Shown: positions 18,126 through 28,184 of the stretch, piece after piece
Position numbering within the stretch: position 1 is the first letter of the stretch
How the letters are laid out: every line of letters begins with the position of its first letter
DNA from: an uncultured Actinomycetes bacterium
GTDB lineage: Bacteria; Actinomycetota; UBA4738; HRBIN12
DNA length: 64,000 nucleotides
Reading direction: 5' to 3'
Assembly (NCBI GenBank): GCA_963794065.1
Contig: CAWCDA010000057.1
Location: 13,634 to 77,633 of the forward strand
The notes under the pieces: generated by a model
The model's database searches: none
What the model was told of the DNA's origin: nothing
The model's input: the letters and a program-made list of their open reading frames with translations, nothing else
Made by a program: the position numbers and the translations under genes

Positions 18126-18698
18126 TTAGGCGTGCCCGTAGCCGCCGCCCGAACTGGACGACGAGTAGCCGCCGGACGATGGCGAGGAGCCGTTCATAGC
18201 GCCTGCCGCCGTGCCCGCCGCGGTCACGGCGTACCAGACGCCGCCGATCCCCTGCCCGTTGGCGTCGCCGGCGGCCGTGTCACCGCTATAGAGGTAGACC
18301 GGATGGCCGGCGTAGGTGACCTGCGTCGTGCCGTCGTCGCGGGTCGTCGTGCCCAGCATCGCCGACTTGATCCCCATCCCGGCGCTCGCATCCCCGCTCG
18401 TGACGAGGGCGGGCCACGTCGCGGCGCAGTCGCCCGAGCAGGTGCTGCTCGTGCCGGTGTCGTTCTTGAAGATGTAGAGCGTGCGCCCGGTCCCATCGAC
18501 GAGCACCGTGCCGAGCTGTCCGACGTCGGCCGTCGCGACGGTCGCCGTCGTTGCGCCGCCGGCCGCCGACGAGGTGGAGGTCGACCCGCCTCCCCCGTAG
18601 GCTCCGGCGCCTGCGCTCGAGCTTCCATTCGAACAGGCTGCCAGGGCCATGGTCGCCGCCAGCGCGGCGCCCAGGACGATCGATCGTGTGCGCGTCAT
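18126..18698 (-). CDS. secreted lipoprotein with tandem YIFKND/YLYSGD repeats (COG4315-like)
   Basis: C-terminal 190 aa of ORF 18126..21518. Signal peptide plus lipobox MTRTRSIVLGAALAATMALAAC, a Gly/Ser-rich linker, CSGDCAATWP, and a Gly/Ser-rich tail. Confidence 0.75.
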   Translation of the reverse strand: MTRTRSIVLGAALAATMALAACSNGSSSAGAGAYGGGGSTSTSSAAGGATTATVATADVGQLGTVLVDGTGRTLYIFKNDTGTSSTCSGDCAATWPALVTSGDASAGMGIKSAMLGTTTRDDGTTQVTYAGHPVYLYSGDTAAGDANGQGIGGVWYAVTAAGTAAGAMNGSSPSSGGYSSSSSGGGYGHA

Positions 18699-18773
18699 CT
18701 CGAACTCCTTCCGTTTCCAAGCAGTACGGGCGGCGATGGATGGCGGTTCGCGGCCACCCCATAGACTCCCACC

Positions 18774-21700
18774 GTGGTGACGTGCCCCAACTGCGGCGCC
18801 GAGAATCCGGCCGAGGCTCGCTTCTGCATGACCTGCGGGGCACCGCTCGCCGCGGCCGCCCCCGAAGAGCGCAGAACCGTGACGATCCTGTTCGTCGATC
18901 TCGTCGGGTTCACGGAGCGCTCGGACACCGCCGACCCCGAGGACGTCCGCCGCACCCTCGTCCCGTTCCACGAGCTGGCGAAGGCTGCGATCGAGCGCTT
19001 CGGCGGCCACCTGGACAAGTTCATCGGCGACGCGGCGATGGGCGTCTTCGGCGCCCCGGTCACGCACGAGGATGACCCCGAGCGTGCGGTGCGTGCGGCC
19101 CTCGAGCTCGTGGCCGCCTCCGAAGGCGGGCACCCGATCCGTGTGGCGGTGAACACCGGCGAGGCCGTCGTCTCGATGGGCACGGGCCCGCAGGTCGGCG
19201 AGGCGGTCGCCGGCGATGTCGTGAACACGGCGAGTCGTATGCAGTCGGCCGCGCCTCCCGGGGGCATCGTGATCGGCGAGCTCACCTGGATCGCCGTCCG
19301 TGACCATTTCGAGACGAAGGAACGCGAGCCATTCACGGCGAAAGGCAAGGCGGATCCGATCCAGCTGTGGGACGTGGTCGGTGAACGCGCCGTCGCCTCG
19401 ACAGCCCCGACGACGTCCTTGATCGGCCGCGAGCGCGAGCTGGCGCTGCTGACAGACGTCGTGGCCCGCGCCCGCGAGGAGCGCTGCGCGCAGCTGGTCA
19501 CGATCGTGGCCGAACCCGGCATCGGGAAGAGCCGACTCGTACTCGAGCTTCAGCGGACGCTGGGTGACGAGGTCGGCTGGCTCCAGAGCGCGTGTGCCCC
19601 GTACGGCGACACGAACGCCTTCGCGTCGATGACGGAGGTCGTTCGCGAGCTGGCCGGCGTGCATCTCGGCGACGCCCCCGACGTGGTCGACGACGCGCTG
19701 GCCGCCCTCGTGGCGCGTGCCGAGTCGGCCGAGTCCGAACGGGCGTGGCTTCGCACGCGGTTGTCGGTGCTGGCGGATGTGAGCGGTGGCGAGGGAGAGG
19801 TGCCCGTAGCCGAGGTGGCCTCGGCGGCGGCGCGCGTGCTGGGGGCCGCCGCCGCGGACCGACCCCTCGTGCTGACGATCGAGGACCTCCACTGGTCTGA
19901 ACAGGCGCTGCGCGACGTCCTGTCGGCCATCGTCGACGACGCCGGCGCGCCGCTGGTCGTCCTGTGCTCGGCGCGGCCGGAGCTCTTCGATGCCGATGCC
20001 GCCTGGGGCGGCGGCCGTGCCAACAGCACGACGATCCGGCTCGCGCCGCTCAGTGACGAGGAGACCGCTACCCTCGTGGAGACCCTGCTGACAACCGCGA
20101 TCAAGAGCGAAACCGAACGCGCACGTGTGCTTCGCAACATCGGGGGCAATCCGTTGTTCGCGGTCGAGTACGTGCGGATGCTCTCCGACACGCTCCAGGT
20201 GGTCGTCGAGGCCGACATGCCGGTGTCGGTGCAGGCGGTGATCGGCGCACGCTTGGACTCGGTCGTCCCGCCCATCCGCGCAGTGCTGCAGGACGCTTCG
20301 GTGATCGGGGCGCGGTTCTGGCCCGACGCACTCGCGACGGTGGGAGACGGCCATGACGTGCGCGCGGCACTCGCAGAGCTTGCTCGCCGGGGCTTGGTCG
20401 TCCGCTCGAACGCCTCCTGGTTCCCCGAGCAGGCCGAGTACGGGTTCAGCCACGCGCTCGTCCGTGAGGTTGCCTACGCGCGGCTGCCGCGCATGGTCCG
20501 GGCGCGGAAACATGCGTCCGTCGGAGCATGGCTCGAGGCGGCCGTCGGCGAGCGTGGGGAGGAGTTCGCGGACGCGTTGGCGCACCATTTCGAGCAGGCG
20601 GTCCTGCTGGCCGACGCCTCGGGCGAGCGTCGCGAGGCCCACGCGTGGCGATCGCGCGCCGCGACCTGGCTGTCGACCGCCGGCGAGGTGGCGCTCCGCC
20701 TCGATCCGGCCGGCTCGTTCGCGCGGAACGAGCGGGTGCTGGCGATCACGACCGAGGAGGATCCCCAGTACGCCCAGGCGCTCGCCTTCTCGGCGCTGGC
20801 CGGCAGACGGTCGGCGTTGCTCGGTCGCGACGATGTGCTTCGGCGACAGCAACAGGTGGTGGCGATCTACGTTGCCAACGGCGACCGGGTCGCGGAGGCG
20901 CGAGGACGGGCCTCGCTCGGGGGACAGTACATGGCGATGGCGCGCCGCGAGGACGCTCGCCGAGAGTTCGCCACGGCGGCCGAGCTGCTCGCCGGCGAAC
21001 CGGAGGCCGCGTCGGAGCTGGCTCTCGTTCGAGCATGGATGGCCGAGGACGAGATGTTCTCGGGCAACGCCGGTCCCGCCGCGGACTACGCGGATCAAGC
21101 CCTGGCGACCGGGGCCGCGAACGAGCCGGTCGCGATCATGGCCCTGCACATCCGGGGGGACTCGAGGATCGCGCTGGGCGACCCCGGCGGCATCGACGAC
21201 CTCCACGAAGCGCTCGATCGCGCGCAATCGCTCGGGTCGGTGTCGGAGATCATCACGTCCTACAGCTACATCGCCGATCGCGAGTGGCAGGTCGAGGGCC
21301 CGGCGGTCGCGCTGCAGCGGCTCGACGAGGGCAGCGCCTTGGCCGACCGTCGGGGCGCGTTCAGCCAGGGTTCGTGGAGCAAGGTGGCCGCGCTCGAGCT
21401 GCTGGTCGAGCTCGGCCGGTGGGACGAGGTGCTCACCCGGGCGCTGCCGTTGACCGACGACGAGCGCATGGACGAGTCGTTGGTGGTGGCCGTCGACATC
21501 TGGACCACGCTGGTCCATGTGCGACGCGGGCAGGCGGCGGGCGATATCGACGCGCTCCTCGCCCGAGCGCGCGATGTAGAGGAGATCCAGGTCTTGGCGC
21601 CCGCGCTGGCCCTCGCCGCGGAGGCGGCCTTCGCTGCCGGCGACCCTGCGAGGGCCGCGGTGCTCGCGGCGGAGTTCGAAACGGTGACCCGTGGCAAGGC

Positions 21701-22028
21701 ATCGATGTATCGCTCGGAGTCGGCGGCGACCGTCACGCGGATCGCGCTCGCCGCGGGCGCGCCAGAGGTCGCCGACGACCTAGTGGAGCGTTCGGAGCCC
21801 GTCACGATGCGCGACGAGCTGTTCGTCGAGACGGCCGCCGCGCTCGTGCGCGAGGCGCGGGGAGCGCTCGAGCCAGCGGTCTGGGCGGACCTCGAACGAC
21901 GCTGGCACAACTACGGCAACATCTTCGAGGAGGCGCACGCTGCGGCCGCGATCGGGCGCGCGGCGGGCGACGCCGCCGCGACGGCGCGAGGCGGTGCGCT
22001 GTTCACCGCGCTCGGGGTGCCCGGGTAG
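18774..22028 (+). CDS. zinc-ribbon + class III nucleotidyl cyclase + STAND/AAA ATPase + TPR-like signalling protein (1084 aa)
   Basis: ORF 18774..22028. Zinc ribbon CPNCGAENPAEARFCMTCG, cyclase core TILFVDLVGFT...FIGDAAMGVFG...NTASRM, Walker A AEPGIGKSRL, and a long helical-repeat C-terminus. Confidence 0.85.
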   Translation: MVTCPNCGAENPAEARFCMTCGAPLAAAAPEERRTVTILFVDLVGFTERSDTADPEDVRRTLVPFHELAKAAIERFGGHLDKFIGDAAMGVFGAPVTHEDDPERAVRAALELVAASEGGHPIRVAVNTGEAVVSMGTGPQVGEAVAGDVVNTASRMQSAAPPGGIVIGELTWIAVRDHFETKEREPFTAKGKADPIQLWDVVGERAVASTAPTTSLIGRERELALLTDVVARAREERCAQLVTIVAEPGIGKSRLVLELQRTLGDEVGWLQSACAPYGDTNAFASMTEVVRELAGVHLGDAPDVVDDALAALVARAESAESERAWLRTRLSVLADVSGGEGEVPVAEVASAAARVLGAAAADRPLVLTIEDLHWSEQALRDVLSAIVDDAGAPLVVLCSARPELFDADAAWGGGRANSTTIRLAPLSDEETATLVETLLTTAIKSETERARVLRNIGGNPLFAVEYVRMLSDTLQVVVEADMPVSVQAVIGARLDSVVPPIRAVLQDASVIGARFWPDALATVGDGHDVRAALAELARRGLVVRSNASWFPEQAEYGFSHALVREVAYARLPRMVRARKHASVGAWLEAAVGERGEEFADALAHHFEQAVLLADASGERREAHAWRSRAATWLSTAGEVALRLDPAGSFARNERVLAITTEEDPQYAQALAFSALAGRRSALLGRDDVLRRQQQVVAIYVANGDRVAEARGRASLGGQYMAMARREDARREFATAAELLAGEPEAASELALVRAWMAEDEMFSGNAGPAADYADQALATGAANEPVAIMALHIRGDSRIALGDPGGIDDLHEALDRAQSLGSVSEIITSYSYIADREWQVEGPAVALQRLDEGSALADRRGAFSQGSWSKVAALELLVELGRWDEVLTRALPLTDDERMDESLVVAVDIWTTLVHVRRGQAAGDIDALLARARDVEEIQVLAPALALAAEAAFAAGDPARAAVLAAEFETVTRGKASMYRSESAATVTRIALAAGAPEVADDLVERSEPVTMRDELFVETAAALVREARGALEPAVWADLERRWHNYGNIFEEAHAAAAIGRAAGDAAATARGGALFTALGVPG

Positions 22029-22049
22029 CGCCTGGGATACTTCAGCCCC

Positions 22050-23651
22050 GTGGATCCCGAAGAAGAGGCACAGCTCGAGGTCGCGGCGCCCTCCGGTGTC
22101 TTCGCCGGCAGTCAGGGCAAGGACTTCAAGACGCTGGCGGCGGGCACGGCCCAGAACATCGTCGGCCTGGTCGTGTTCGTGGTCGGCACCTTCGGCGCGA
22201 ACATCCTGATCTCGCGGACGTTCGGCGTGAACGGTCCGATCGCGCTGGGCATCGTCACGCTCGGCACCCAGTTCGCGTTCATCGCGGCCGCGGGCACCCG
22301 TTTCGGGATGGACATGGCCTCGGTCCGCTACGTCGCGATCGAGGTTGGGGCCGGTCATCCCGGTCGGGTTCGGCCGGTCGTCACGCGCGCCGCGATCATC
22401 GCCGGCTCGGCCTCCGTGGTGATCGGCGCGTTGACGTTCGCGCTTGCCGGGCCGATCGGACGGGCGCTGGGGGCCGACACAGCAGAACAGTCGATCGCGG
22501 CGATCCGCGCCGGCGCACTGGCGATCCCGTTCGTCGCGCTGACCTACACGTGGCTCGGCGGCAGCCGCGGTCTCAAGGTGATGCGCCACACGCTCTATGT
22601 GCAGTGGGTGGCGCAACCGCTGTTGTGGATCGTGCTGATGCTCGTGCTGTGGCGGGTCCTCGACAAGACGGAGGCCATTGCGGTGTGGGCCTACGCTGGG
22701 TCTTGGATCATCGCCGCGCTCGGGGCCTGGTACTTCTGGGGAACGATCAGCCGGGGGTTCACGCGCGAAGAGCCCGCCCCGGGACTCACCGGCAAGATCG
22801 TTCGCTACGGTGCGCCGCGCGCGACGGCCGCGCTGTTGTCACAGGGGTTGTTCTGGATCGACTTCTTCGTGGCATCGGCGTTCGTGTCGTCAGGCTACGT
22901 CACCTCGAGCGAGATCGGCGTGTATTCGGCGTGCGTGCGGGCCGCACTGATCATGGTGCTGTTCCTGACCGCGGTGTCGTACGTGTTCGCGCCGTTCGTG
23001 GCCGACCTGCACGAGCGCGGCGAGACGGCACGACTCGACACCCTGTTCAAGACGATCACCCGTTGGACGATCGCCGGCACGATCCCGGTGTTGCTGCTGA
23101 TGCTCGTGGTGCCGGCCGCGATCCTCGCGATGTTCGGCAAGGGAGATTTCGCAAGCGGCGCCGATGCGTTGCGGATCCTCGTGATCGGGCAGGCGATCAA
23201 CGTGAGCGTTGGCGCCGCGGGGTTCGTGTTGATCATGGCCGGACGGACCGGCTGGGACCTCGTCGTCTACATCGTGTCGGCGATCCTGGACCTCGTGCTG
23301 TCGATCATCCTGGTGCCGAAGTTCGGCATCAACGGCGCGGCCGCCGCGCAGGCGATCACGATCGCGTGCTCGAACTGGTTGCGCCTTGTGCTCGTGCGCC
23401 GGTTCGTCGGGATCTTCCCGTGGGATCGGAGCTACGCGCGCCTGGCCGTGCCGGCGGGCGCATGTGCGCTCGCGATGGTGGCGGTCGCGGCGGCGACGAG
23501 CTCGGCGGCGTGGTATGTGCAGCTCGTGCTTGTCGGCGGGATCGGGATCGCGGTGTACGTGCCGGTGCTGCTTGCGGTCGGGCTGACCGAGGGGGAGAAG
23601 GTCGCGATGCGCAGCGGCTTGGCGAAGGTGCGAGGCGGCGGCCGGGCGTAA
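22050..23651 (+). CDS. MOP-superfamily polysaccharide/oligosaccharide flippase (Wzx/MurJ-like)
   Basis: ORF 22050..23651, a polytopic membrane protein with roughly 12-14 TM helices. It starts 21 nt after the cyclase-STAND gene. Confidence 0.75.
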   Translation: MDPEEEAQLEVAAPSGVFAGSQGKDFKTLAAGTAQNIVGLVVFVVGTFGANILISRTFGVNGPIALGIVTLGTQFAFIAAAGTRFGMDMASVRYVAIEVGAGHPGRVRPVVTRAAIIAGSASVVIGALTFALAGPIGRALGADTAEQSIAAIRAGALAIPFVALTYTWLGGSRGLKVMRHTLYVQWVAQPLLWIVLMLVLWRVLDKTEAIAVWAYAGSWIIAALGAWYFWGTISRGFTREEPAPGLTGKIVRYGAPRATAALLSQGLFWIDFFVASAFVSSGYVTSSEIGVYSACVRAALIMVLFLTAVSYVFAPFVADLHERGETARLDTLFKTITRWTIAGTIPVLLLMLVVPAAILAMFGKGDFASGADALRILVIGQAINVSVGAAGFVLIMAGRTGWDLVVYIVSAILDLVLSIILVPKFGINGAAAAQAITIACSNWLRLVLVRRFVGIFPWDRSYARLAVPAGACALAMVAVAAATSSAAWYVQLVLVGGIGIAVYVPVLLAVGLTEGEKVAMRSGLAKVRGGGRA

Positions 23652-23719
23652 AGCCCGGATCGCGTTCGACTCGCACCCGAAGTGCCTCAAAAGGGCAAGA
23701 GGGGAAGGGTCCGAGGGCC

Positions 23720-24154
23720 TTACTGCTGGCGGGTGACACCGGGAGATTCGGGCACCAGGAACAGCCTGGGCGTGCGCTGCAGGGTCGCCTCGCGCTCGGC
23801 CAGCAGCTGCTCCACCAACGTTTGGAGCTCGGCGACACGCCAGGACAGCAGGCTCTTGCGAGCTGCGTCCCCGGCGTCGCGCTCAGCGAGGGCCGCCCAG
23901 CGCGCGTCGAGCTCCGCGGCCATCCGGCGCTCGAGCCGGCGTCCGCGGGCGCATGCGACCGCGATCGCCATGGCGAGCGCTGCGGAGGCCGACACCACGC
24001 ACAGCACAACGATCGTGACGGACACCGCCGCGGGGGCCGCCAGCACGTTTCCGAACAACACGAGCTCTTGTCCCTGTGTTCGAGCGCTCTCCACCACCAG
24101 CTCGAACGAGATGGCACACCAGAGGGCCGCGAGCACGACGGGGAAGACGAGCAT
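23720..24154 (-). CDS. hypothetical membrane protein (2 TM helices plus coiled-coil tail)
   Basis: ORF 23720..24154 has high third-position GC. TM segments VVLAALWCAISFELVV and VSVTIVVLCVVSASAALAMAIAV, then a helical Arg/Glu/Ala-rich tail. Confidence 0.55.
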   Translation of the reverse strand: MLVFPVVLAALWCAISFELVVESARTQGQELVLFGNVLAAPAAVSVTIVVLCVVSASAALAMAIAVACARGRRLERRMAAELDARWAALAERDAGDAARKSLLSWRVAELQTLVEQLLAEREATLQRTPRLFLVPESPGVTRQQ

Positions 24155-24204
24155 CGGACGGAGATGGTCCGTCCGCTAGGCCGAACGGTCAACCGCCGGA
24201 CTCC

Positions 24205-24687
24205 CTACCGCATCTGCGGCAGCAACCGCCGCAACTCGGCGACCGCGGCCTCGGTGTCGGCCACCCGCACGATCGGATCGCGATCGAGATCGTCGCGGCC
24301 GAGCTCCCACGTGCCGATGCCGATCACCGGCGTGCCCATCTTGAGCGCGAGCGCGATCTCCGACAACGTGCCGAACTCCCCGCCGACCGCGATCACGACG
24401 TCGGCGCTTCGCGCGACGATCGCGTTGCGCGCCTCGCCGAACCCGGTCGCGATCGCGACCGTCAGGTGCCGCGACGCCACATCGCGCTCGTCGCCCGGCA
24501 GGATGCCGATCGATACGCCGCCGCCCGCCTCCGCGCCGCGCGCCGCCGCGTTCATCACGCCGCCGAGGCCGCCGCACACGAGGATGCACCCTGCGTCGGC
24601 CAGCGCGCGCCCGAGATCCTCCGCGGTCGCGAGCTCCCATTCGGTTGCGTTGGACGCACCGATCACGGCGACGTAGGGCGTGGCCAT
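24205..24687 (-). CDS. TIGR00725/LOG (SLOG)-family Rossmann protein
   Basis: MATPYVAVIGAS start at 24687 inside ORF 24205..24732. Motifs GGLGGVMNAAARGA and VIAVGGEFGTLSEIA. Confidence 0.8.
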   Translation of the reverse strand: MATPYVAVIGASNATEWELATAEDLGRALADAGCILVCGGLGGVMNAAARGAEAGGGVSIGILPGDERDVASRHLTVAIATGFGEARNAIVARSADVVIAVGGEFGTLSEIALALKMGTPVIGIGTWELGRDDLDRDPIVRVADTEAAVAELRRLLPQMR

Positions 24688-24715
24688 GTCGCCGAGTATC
24701 GCAGGCGGTTCTCGG

Positions 24716-25417
24716 TCAGCGGTGGACCGCAACCAGCTGCAGGGACTCCTCGCCGCCGACGACGTCGCGCTCCTGCACGATCCCGAGGTGGGGGGCGTAC
24801 AGCTTCAACGAGACGACGTTGGGCTCGAGCCTCGTCCATTCGTAGGAGCGAACGATGTCGTGCAGGCGACCGACGGGTGTGCGCAGCCGTCCGTGACGCC
24901 CGACGATCCACGCTTGATCCTCGGCGTGCCCGGCCAGGAACTCCTGCCGGTAGGCATCGGTCGGCTTCGGGTTGGCGGGCATGATGATCCCTGCGACCCC
25001 TCCGTTGACACCGGCGCGCCAGGATCCCTCGCGGCTCGTGACGTGGCCCTGTCGGTCGTACAGGGCCGTGTCCTCACCGAAGTACCACGTTGTGCCGCCA
25101 TTGTCGTTGGCGTACCAGTCCGTCGTCTTCTCCTGGAGATGGGCGTTGGCGAAGAGCACGTCGCGTATCACCGTCGTAGTCACGCCTTGGATCACCTCAG
25201 TGTGGGCCGTGACACGGAGATGCTCGACGAGCCGATCCGGTCCCTCCGTGCCGCGGTACACGAACGCGGTGCCCGCTTTCAAGGGGAAGTACGGATTCGC
25301 GACCGGCGCGTTGAAGTCGGCCGGGTTCACCGCCGCCACCGCCGTCTCGCCGCCGGGTGCCCATGCGAGCAGACCGGTGAGTAGGATCGCCGCCAGCGCA
25401 AGCACTCGTGTGCGCAT
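24716..25417 (-). CDS. secreted hypothetical protein
   Basis: MRTRVLALAAILLTGLLAWA signal peptide starting at 25417, preceded by AAGGGAGGAAG. C-terminal 233 aa of ORF 24716..25507. Confidence 0.65.
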   Translation of the reverse strand: MRTRVLALAAILLTGLLAWAPGGETAVAAVNPADFNAPVANPYFPLKAGTAFVYRGTEGPDRLVEHLRVTAHTEVIQGVTTTVIRDVLFANAHLQEKTTDWYANDNGGTTWYFGEDTALYDRQGHVTSREGSWRAGVNGGVAGIIMPANPKPTDAYRQEFLAGHAEDQAWIVGRHGRLRTPVGRLHDIVRSYEWTRLEPNVVSLKLYAPHLGIVQERDVVGGEESLQLVAVHR

Positions 25418-25542
25418 CGCTTCCTCCCTTTCGTCGGGTTCCTTGGGAGCTTCCCCCGTTCGCGCTGAACCCATGCTGAAGACGAGGGAGCGGCGTTCAG
25501 CGGGCATTCAGCCGTCCGCGGCAAGATGTGCGGGACAACGAC

Positions 25543-26221
25543 ATGCGTGTGCTGGTGATCGAGGACGAGATCGTGATGGCCGAGGGTCTCCGCCGGGGGC
25601 TCGAGGCCGAGGGCTTCGCGACCGACGTCGCCCACACGGGTCCGGACGGACTGTGGATGGCGCAGGAGCATCCCTACGACGCCATCGTGCTCGACCTGCT
25701 GCTCCCCGGCATGAACGGCTATCGCGTGTGCGCCGAGCTGCGCGAGGCCGAGATCTGGACGCCGATCCTGATGCTCACCGCCAAGGACGGGGAGTTCGAC
25801 GAGGCCGAGGCGCTCGACACCGGGGCCGACGACTTCGTGACGAAGCCGTTCTCGTTCGTCGCGCTCGTCGCCCGCTTGCGAGCGCTGATACGACGCGGGG
25901 CTCTCGCGCGCCCGGCCGTCCTCGCCGCGGGCGACCTCCGTCTGGATCCAGGCGGAGCGGCGCGCCTGGCGGGGCGATGTGGAGCTCGCCTTCACCGGTC
26001 GCGAGCTGGCGCTGCTCGAATACCTTCTGCGGCGTGCCGGCGAGGTGTGCTCCAAGACCGAGATCATCGAGCACGTTTGGGACGCTGCGTTCGAGGGCGA
26101 CGTGAACATCGTCGAGGTCTACGTTGGCCACTTGCGCGCGAAGCTCGATCGCCCCTTCGACCGGCAAGCGATCGAGACGATGCGCGGAGCGGGCTACCGA
26201 CTGGCGGCCGACGGTGGATGA
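25543..26221 (+). pseudogene. OmpR-family response regulator with a single-nucleotide frameshift
   Basis: The receiver domain (MRVLVIEDE...DFVTKPFSF...AAGDLRLDP) is in the frame of ORF 25528. The winged helix (AERRAWRGDVELAFTGRELALLEYL...GAGYRL) is in the frame of ORF 25979. One extra G at about 25951 separates them. Confidence 0.7.
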
Positions 26222-27353
26222 CGGGCTGCGCCGCCTGCGGATCCGCACGACCGTCGCGGCGACGACGATCGTCGGGATCGCAGCTGATCCTCGCGGCGGT
26301 CGGGCTGGTCACGTTCGTGGGCAGGTCGTTGACAGGCCAGGTGCACGATGCGGCCGCGGCGCGTGCACAGGAGGTGGCGGCGCGGGTCGCCGACGGTCGG
26401 CCGCTTCCGTGACCGGCGATCCGAACGAGGAGTCCGTGCAGGTGCTCGGCGCAGGCGAGCCGGCGGGGCCGACGACCGTGGAGGGGATCTTCCTCACGGT
26501 GACGCGCCAGACGACCACCCCGAGCGGGGAGCAGCGAACCGTCATCGTCGACCGCAGCCTGGACGACGTCGCCGATGCACGATCGGCCGTCTCGCACGCG
26601 CTCTGGATCGGTGTGCCCGCGGTGCTCCTCGTCGCGGCGCTCGTGACCTGGTGGATCGCCGGCGTCACCCTCGCGCCCGTGCGGGCGGCGAGCGATCGGC
26701 AGCGTCGGTTCGTCGCCGACGCGGCGCACGAGCTTCGTTCGCCGATCGCTTCGATCCGTCAGCACGCGGAGGTGGCCGGCGCGCATCCGGCTTCGACCGA
26801 CGTGCGCGAGCTCGCGACGACAGTGACCGAGGAGAGCGTCCGGCTGCAGGCGATCGTGGACGACCTGCTCCTGCTCGCGCGGTTCGACGAGGGCGCCCTG
26901 CGGCTGGCGCACTCGGAGGTGGATCTCGACGACGTGGTGCTTGCGGAGGCTGTTCGCCTTCGGGGCGCTTCGGCGCTGGTCATCGACACTCGCTCGGTGG
27001 CGGCGGCACGGGTCGCCGGGGACGACCGCTATCTCGCTCGGCTCGTGCGCAACCTCGGTGACAACGCCGTGGCCCATGCGCGCGGCCGGATCGACCTCGC
27101 GCTTGCGGCGAGTGACGGACACGCCCTGCTCACCGTCGACGACGATGGCCCGGGCATCCCCGAGCCCGAGCAGGCCCGGGTCTTCGAGCGGTTCGTCCGC
27201 GTGGACGAGGCCAGGGATCGTTCGAGCGGCGGCACGGGCCTGGGCCTGCCGATCGCGCGGGAGATCGCGCGCGCACATGGCGGCGACATCGTCCTGTCGA
27301 CGAGCCCACTCGGCGGGCTCCGGGCGGAGGTCCGTCTACCGACGACCAGTTAG
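26214..27353 (+). pseudogene. sensor histidine kinase, TM1 region out of frame (compensated double frameshift)
   Basis: GTG at 26214 reads VDDGLRRLRIRTTVAATTIVGIA. The TM1/sensor segment QLILAAVGLVTFVGRSLTGQVHDAAAARAQEV...GRPLP is in the +1 frame from about 26281 to 26409. The original frame then resumes (VTGDPNEE...) through an intact HisKA (FVADAAHELRSP) and HATPase_c domain. Confidence 0.6.
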
Positions 27354-28183
27354 AACGTCGGGTAGCGCAGAGGCAGGCCGGCGACGCCGGGATCGACGGT
27401 GACGAGATTCCACCCGCCGAGGCTGGTGACCAACAGCCGGTCCGAACGTGGCCCGACGAACACGGGATTCGCGGGCTGGTTGAGGACCACGCCGTCAGCG
27501 TCCTCGGCCCAGATCTCGGGCGTGCCGCCGGGCGCGATCCGGTAGATCCGGTCGGGGCGGTAGCAGCCGACGAACATCGTGCCGTCGGCGGCAAGCGCGA
27601 TGCCGTCGGGTTGCGACCCGGTCAGGTCGGCCACCACGGTGCCCGGGCCCGCCGCGCCGTTCTCCTCGATGGGGACCCGCACCACGCGTCGGGCCCGCGA
27701 CTCCACCACCAGCAACGCGTCGCCCTCGGCGGTGAGGCAGCAACCGTTGGGGAACGCCGGGATCGCGTCTGTCCACACGCTGGTCTCGCCGCCCGGCGCG
27801 ACACGGAACAGCAGGCCGTCGTCCGCCCCCCACTCGCCCGAGTCCGTGACGTACAACACGCCCACGTCGTCGAACGCGGCGAAGTTCGGCACGCGCAGCG
27901 GACGCTCCGATGTGCCGTTCGAGTAGGTGGTGGCGTCGCCACCGGCCACCCGCACGATCTCGCCACGGCCCATGTCGCACGCGTAGACGGCGCCGGCGCC
28001 ATCGAGCGCCACGCCGAACACGAACCCACCGGTGTCGCCGACCTGATCCGTCGACCCGTCGAGATCGATCGCGTAGATCTGCCCGGCCTCACCGCCCGCG
28101 TAGATACGGCCGTCGGGTCCCCACGCGGCCCCTTCCGGATGGTCGAGCCCGGTCGCGAGGATCGTGAATCCATCCAACTCCAC
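27350..28183 (-). CDS. SMP-30/gluconolactonase/LRE family beta-propeller protein
   Basis: GTG at 28183 after AGGAGG, inside ORF 27350..28405. Motifs HPEGAAWGPDGRIY and PNGCCLTAEGDALLVVES. Confidence 0.85.
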   Translation of the reverse strand: MELDGFTILATGLDHPEGAAWGPDGRIYAGGEAGQIYAIDLDGSTDQVGDTGGFVFGVALDGAGAVYACDMGRGEIVRVAGGDATTYSNGTSERPLRVPNFAAFDDVGVLYVTDSGEWGADDGLLFRVAPGGETSVWTDAIPAFPNGCCLTAEGDALLVVESRARRVVRVPIEENGAAGPGTVVADLTGSQPDGIALAADGTMFVGCYRPDRIYRIAPGGTPEIWAEDADGVVLNQPANPVFVGPRSDRLLVTSLGGWNLVTVDPGVAGLPLRYPTF

Positions 28184-28184
28184 C

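Noticed and set aside
18126-24676. Very long ORFs 18126..21518 (-, 1130 aa) and 20528..24676 (+, 1382 aa), along with many other 150-600-aa ORFs throughout the track
   Set aside because: They are Arg/Pro/Gly/Ala-rich, low-complexity translations lying antisense or out of frame to genes with clear domain content. This is typical stop-codon-poor shadow ORF behaviour in high-GC DNA. Only the last 190 aa of 18126..21518 (the lipoprotein) look real.
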